Positions 60,002 to 64,000 of a stretch of DNA of 64,000 nucleotides are shown here, piece after piece (position 1 is the stretch's first letter; each line of letters starts with the position of its first letter). Under the pieces are notes generated by a model. The model searched no databases, had not been told where the DNA came from, and was given only the letters and a program-made list of their open reading frames with translations. Source of the stretch: Podarcis muralis (lineage: Eukaryota); the NCBI RefSeq assembly GCF_964188315.1, contig NC_135670.1:11656001-11720000 (forward strand), written 5' to 3'. The translations under genes and the position numbers were made by a program.

Positions 60002-63000
60002 ATGGTGAGCGAGGGAGGGAGGGGGGCTTAAATGGGGAGGGGGCGAAGAGGGAGGTCATGTGAGGAGGGGGGTCTCGACCTGCCCCCCCCCCGCAGTGTG
60101 GCGTCTTAAGGGGGTCAGGCCCCTTTTCTCAATGGAGGGCTATATGGGGAGGGGACCCTCTCCAAAATGAAGATGTCTGTGTTGGGGAGGGGTCTTCCAC
60201 CATGGAGATCTTCCCATGGTCAGGTTCAAGATAAATAAGGTTTTTAGGATTCACATCCTATCCCCCAAATATGATGTGCGTGGAGTTGGGTTAATGGGGG
60301 GGGGGGGTGCTCCGATGTCTGATGGGGACGGAAGATGGGGGCCTTTGTGGCTTTTATCATATTACTGGGTCACAGGGAGGGGGGCTGGGACATCCCACCA
60401 ATGATGGCATATTATAGGGTGGAAGCTTATGAAGGTGAAGAAGTGGGAGGGGTTCAAAGTGTCTTTCCTCCTCCCACCCCCCATTTTTTATTTTTACCCA
60501 TGTTGGGGGTTTGAGGAGCTGGAAGTGGATGGGTTAATAGGAGATGGGTGTAGAGGAAGAAAAAGCTGTATATGGCCAGCTTTCCCCTCCCTCTGCAAAG
60601 GATGTGGGGGTGATGAAGTCTAAGGGGAATCTTTTAACTTCTCCCCAAAAGCGGGAGGAGTCAAGAGAGGAATCGCCTCAAAAACAGCTGCACCTGTGGA
60701 ACACCCTCCCCTTAAAAATGAAGGTGGAAGTCTTCTTGGAATGGGCTCATAAAAGTATGCAGCACTGGCAGAGAGAGATTTATAAAGGTTGGGGTGCTGA
60801 GAAGAGGATCCCTTAAATAAGGGGGGATTTGATAAAAGTGTGGATACTGGGATAGTTGGGGTTCCTCATATTCCCCCAAAAGTGGGGTGCTCAGCTAAGA
60901 GGCAGTTGATAAAAGATGGAGCATTGGGAAGAAAACTCCTGAAGAAGGAGGGTGATGTGATGAGAGAATATGAAAAAGGGGTTTGCCTGTCTTGAAATGG
61001 GAAGAACATAATTTGCAAAATTCAGAGCAGGTGGATAGGAAAGGGGGTGCCTTTAAAAGGAGATTCTGTTGTGTGACTAGAAAACCTCATTTTGAGGGCA
61101 CTTGAACTGCTGAGAAAGAGAAATGATAGTGGACACCTGATGGGGGAGAAAAGAGGCTTGTGCATGCAAGAGGGTGTGAGAATAAGAAGTGGAGGACACA
61201 CCCTTCAAGGAGTTACGTGCATGCTTGAGAGAATGACTGTGCTTAAGGCATCTCAAGTTTAAAAATGAGATAATGACAATATATAGACAAGGGTATATTT
61301 CAAAGTGAGGATGCATAGGAACATTGGACTTTATTGTGAGGAGTGGATAGTAAATCAGTGTTTTAAAAATGCAAAATAATGTGCTTTGTAGAGATCCAGA
61401 TCATTGGTCCATCTTGCTCAGTGGCTCTCTGGGTTTTCTGGCAGAAGTGCTCCCCAGCCCAGCCTGGAGATGCTGGGCCTTCAACCAGGGACCTTTTGCA
61501 TGCAAAGGAGGTGCTCTTCCACTGAGCTACAGCCCTTACCTAAAGCCTTGCACAGATTGAGAATGGAAATATAAAGGGAGCAGGGGTGAATCCCAAGACA
61601 GATGATGGGGTTGGGAGATACAGTATGAGCAGACAGGAGGGAGGATCTGTGTTTGTTCTCCCTCTTCCCTCATGTGGTTTCCATTAAATAAAGAATTAGT
61701 GGAAAGACAGTTGAGAAACTGGAAAGAGGCGCTTCCCTGAGAGAGGATTAAAAACTCCCCTTATGATTATAAAAGGAAAACATTGAAGGGTTTGGTGTGA
61801 TGTTGGTCACCTACCTTCTGATGAAGAGGGGAGGGGCACATGTTCCCAAGCTCTGTTGTGTCCTCCGAGTGTGAAAACGTAGATTGTAGCCTTCTAAGGG
61901 CAGAGATCTCCCTCTCTCCTGTTTTTGTGCTTATACTGCTTTGTAAACCACCATAAATGTTGGTTATAAATAGAAAAATGCTAACAATCTAAAATGGGTT
62001 ATTGACACAGGAACTTGGTGCATGTGATAAGGCTACATAAGGAAGGGTTAGGAGAACTTGAAGTAGGTGAGGTGGGAACCATAGGTGGCAGGAGCCCATC
62101 CAAGTTTGGAAGCAGTACAGGATGCGTGGAGAAGAGAGTCAGAGAGGAGCTGGTGGCCTCATGTTACCCTTCCTGAAGGCTGAAGTTGATGGACTGTACC
62201 TTGGGAAGAACACCTGCTTTGCATGCAGAAGGTCCCAGCTTCAATCTCCAGGAAGGGCAGGAGAGACCCCAAGCTGAAATCCTGATGAACTGCTGACAAT
62301 CAGTGTTGACAGTCCTGAGCTTGATGGACAAATGGTCCAAGTAAGCATAAGGCAGCTTCCTATATAAGGCAGGCCTGTGGGGAGTGTTCTGTTCTTAGTC
62401 AATAAGTCTACTTTGTTTGAGTTCAGATGTGAGTCTTTGGGAGAGAGCGGAGGCAACAACTGCACTGAGTTCAGAAGTCAATGAGTGTGTGTGTGTGTGC
62501 GTGAGAGAGAGAAAGAGAGAAAGAAAAATAAATGGGGTGCAGCTGTCATGGACCAGGAAGGTGAGACCTGCAAAACTTACTGATTTTCTCTCTCCTCCCT
62601 CACCATTCTCCATGGCCTTCCTGCAGGCTGATCAGCTGACAGAGGAGCAAATAGCAGGTGAGAAATTATCTTGCTCCTGGGGACAGGAACATTGGCAGCA
62701 TCTGTCAAAATCTAAAGGGTTTGATGGTACCAGTTGTGTGGCATAAATGTCAAGAGAGCCAGCAGTTGGTGCTGGACTTGGTCCTCCATCCAAACTCTAG
62801 CTTGGCCCTGAACGTCCTAGCTAAACTCACTGCCTCACAATCTCCCAGCCTTTGCTCCTTTCCTGTGTAAAAGAGGAGCATGTGTAATGTCCTTTCTCAA
62901 AAGTACTTCTCTGAATACTGCTTGACCTCTGCCCTACTGATTTAAACCCTTAAAGCCAGCTGAGTGTACCTTGAAGGGAGGGGAGGAGCATGCTGATGTC

Positions 63001-63878
63001 GCTGCGTCCTGAAAAAATGCTATTAAAACAGTACTGGGTGTTTGGGCCCAGGATCTTTTAAGGGCTGATGCATTAGGGCGGTTCTATCCCCCATTCTTCG
63101 GCTGATCACCGAAGAATTGATGCTTTTGAATTCTGATGCTGGAGAAGACTCTTGAGAGTCCCATGGACTGCAAGAAGATCAAACGCATCCATTCTTAAGG
63201 AAATCAGCCCGGAGTGCTCACTGGAAGGACAGATCCTGAAGCTGAGGCTCCAGTACTTTGGCCACCTCATGAGAAGAGAAGACTCCTTGGAGAAGACACT
63301 GAGGTTGGGAAAGATGGAGGGCACAAGGAGAAGGGGACGACAGAGGACGAGATGGTTGGATAGTGTTTTTGAGGTTACCAGCATGAGTTTGACCAAACTG
63401 CGGGAGGTAGTGGAAGACAGAGGTGCCTGGCATGCTCTGGTCCATGGGGTCACGAAGAGTCGGACACAACTAAACGACTAAACAACAACAATCCCCCAGC
63501 AAGACTTGGATAACCTGCATGGGAGAATATTTGCGTTCTTCCCCCAAACACAGCCTGGGTAGTCCTTCCCCTCTCCATACCTGCCAAGGTGATAACTGGG
63601 TTTAGGAGGAGGTTACAAATGTACTCAGCTAGCCCCTTTCCTTTCTGGTTTCCTTTCTGAGTTTGGGGGCTGGGACTTGGGTTGGAGGGGGTAATATCTG
63701 GCCCTGAGCTATCTCTCTTCCCTGCCTCTTTCAGAGTTCAAAGAGGCCTTCTCCCTCTTTGACAAGGATGGCGATGGCACCATCACCACCAAGGAGCTTG
63801 GCACCGTCATGCGCTCCCTGGGGCAGAACCCCACTGAGGCAGAATTGCAAGACATGATCAATGAGGTGGATGCTGATG
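60002..63878 (+). CDS. CALM: Calmodulin, first three coding exons (continues past the window end); paralogue not assigned
   Basis: ATG (60002-60004) | 62627-62657 | 63735-63878 gives [59 protein letters not shown](G), the canonical vertebrate CaM N-lobe, with the canonical 3/31/144-nt exon pattern. Confidence 0.97.
63111..63490 (+). mobile_element. BovB (RTE) LINE 3' end in calmodulin intron 2
   Basis: Translation [49 protein letters not shown], a GAGTCGGACACAACT 3' motif and a (CAA)n tail. Confidence 0.9.
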
Positions 63879-63924
63879 GTGAGCTGGGCACTCAAGACTC
63901 TGGGGACGGGTGGGAAATGGGGTA

Positions 63925-64000
63925 GTGCTGGAACAGGTATTGGATTGGAACTGGAACAGGTATTGGATTGGATTGGAACAGTGCTGGAACTGGAGGATTG
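63925..64000. repeat. GGAAC/GGATT-based minisatellite running off the window end
   Basis: Repeats of CTGGAACAGGTATTGGATTGGAA. Confidence 0.75.

Overview
Vertebrate genomic DNA from a squamate reptile, probably a lacertid lizard (inferred from Sauria SINEs, BovB, CR1 and lizard-type MITEs). Five spliced genes lie on the + strand: the 3' end of STX5, complete NXF1 (21 coding exons), TMEM223 (2 exons), SLC3A2/4F2hc (9 coding exons) and the first three coding exons of a canonical calmodulin. These are orthologues of human 11q12.3 genes, but in a different order and with a calmodulin gene that mammals lack in this region. Main points of interest: (1) NXF1 intron 10 carries a retrovirus-like constitutive transport element, an immediate stop codon on intron retention and a decoy/poison exon with tandem 5' splice sites; (2) the calmodulin may be the fourth 2R ohnologue, lost in mammals; (3) SLC3A2 intron 1 has ATF4, CRE and NRF2/Maf sites within 41 bp; (4) there are traces of unannotated or decayed genes at about 7.4-7.8 kb and 32.7-38.5 kb. 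There are three assembly gaps. All comparisons to human or viral sequences are from memory; no database searches were run.
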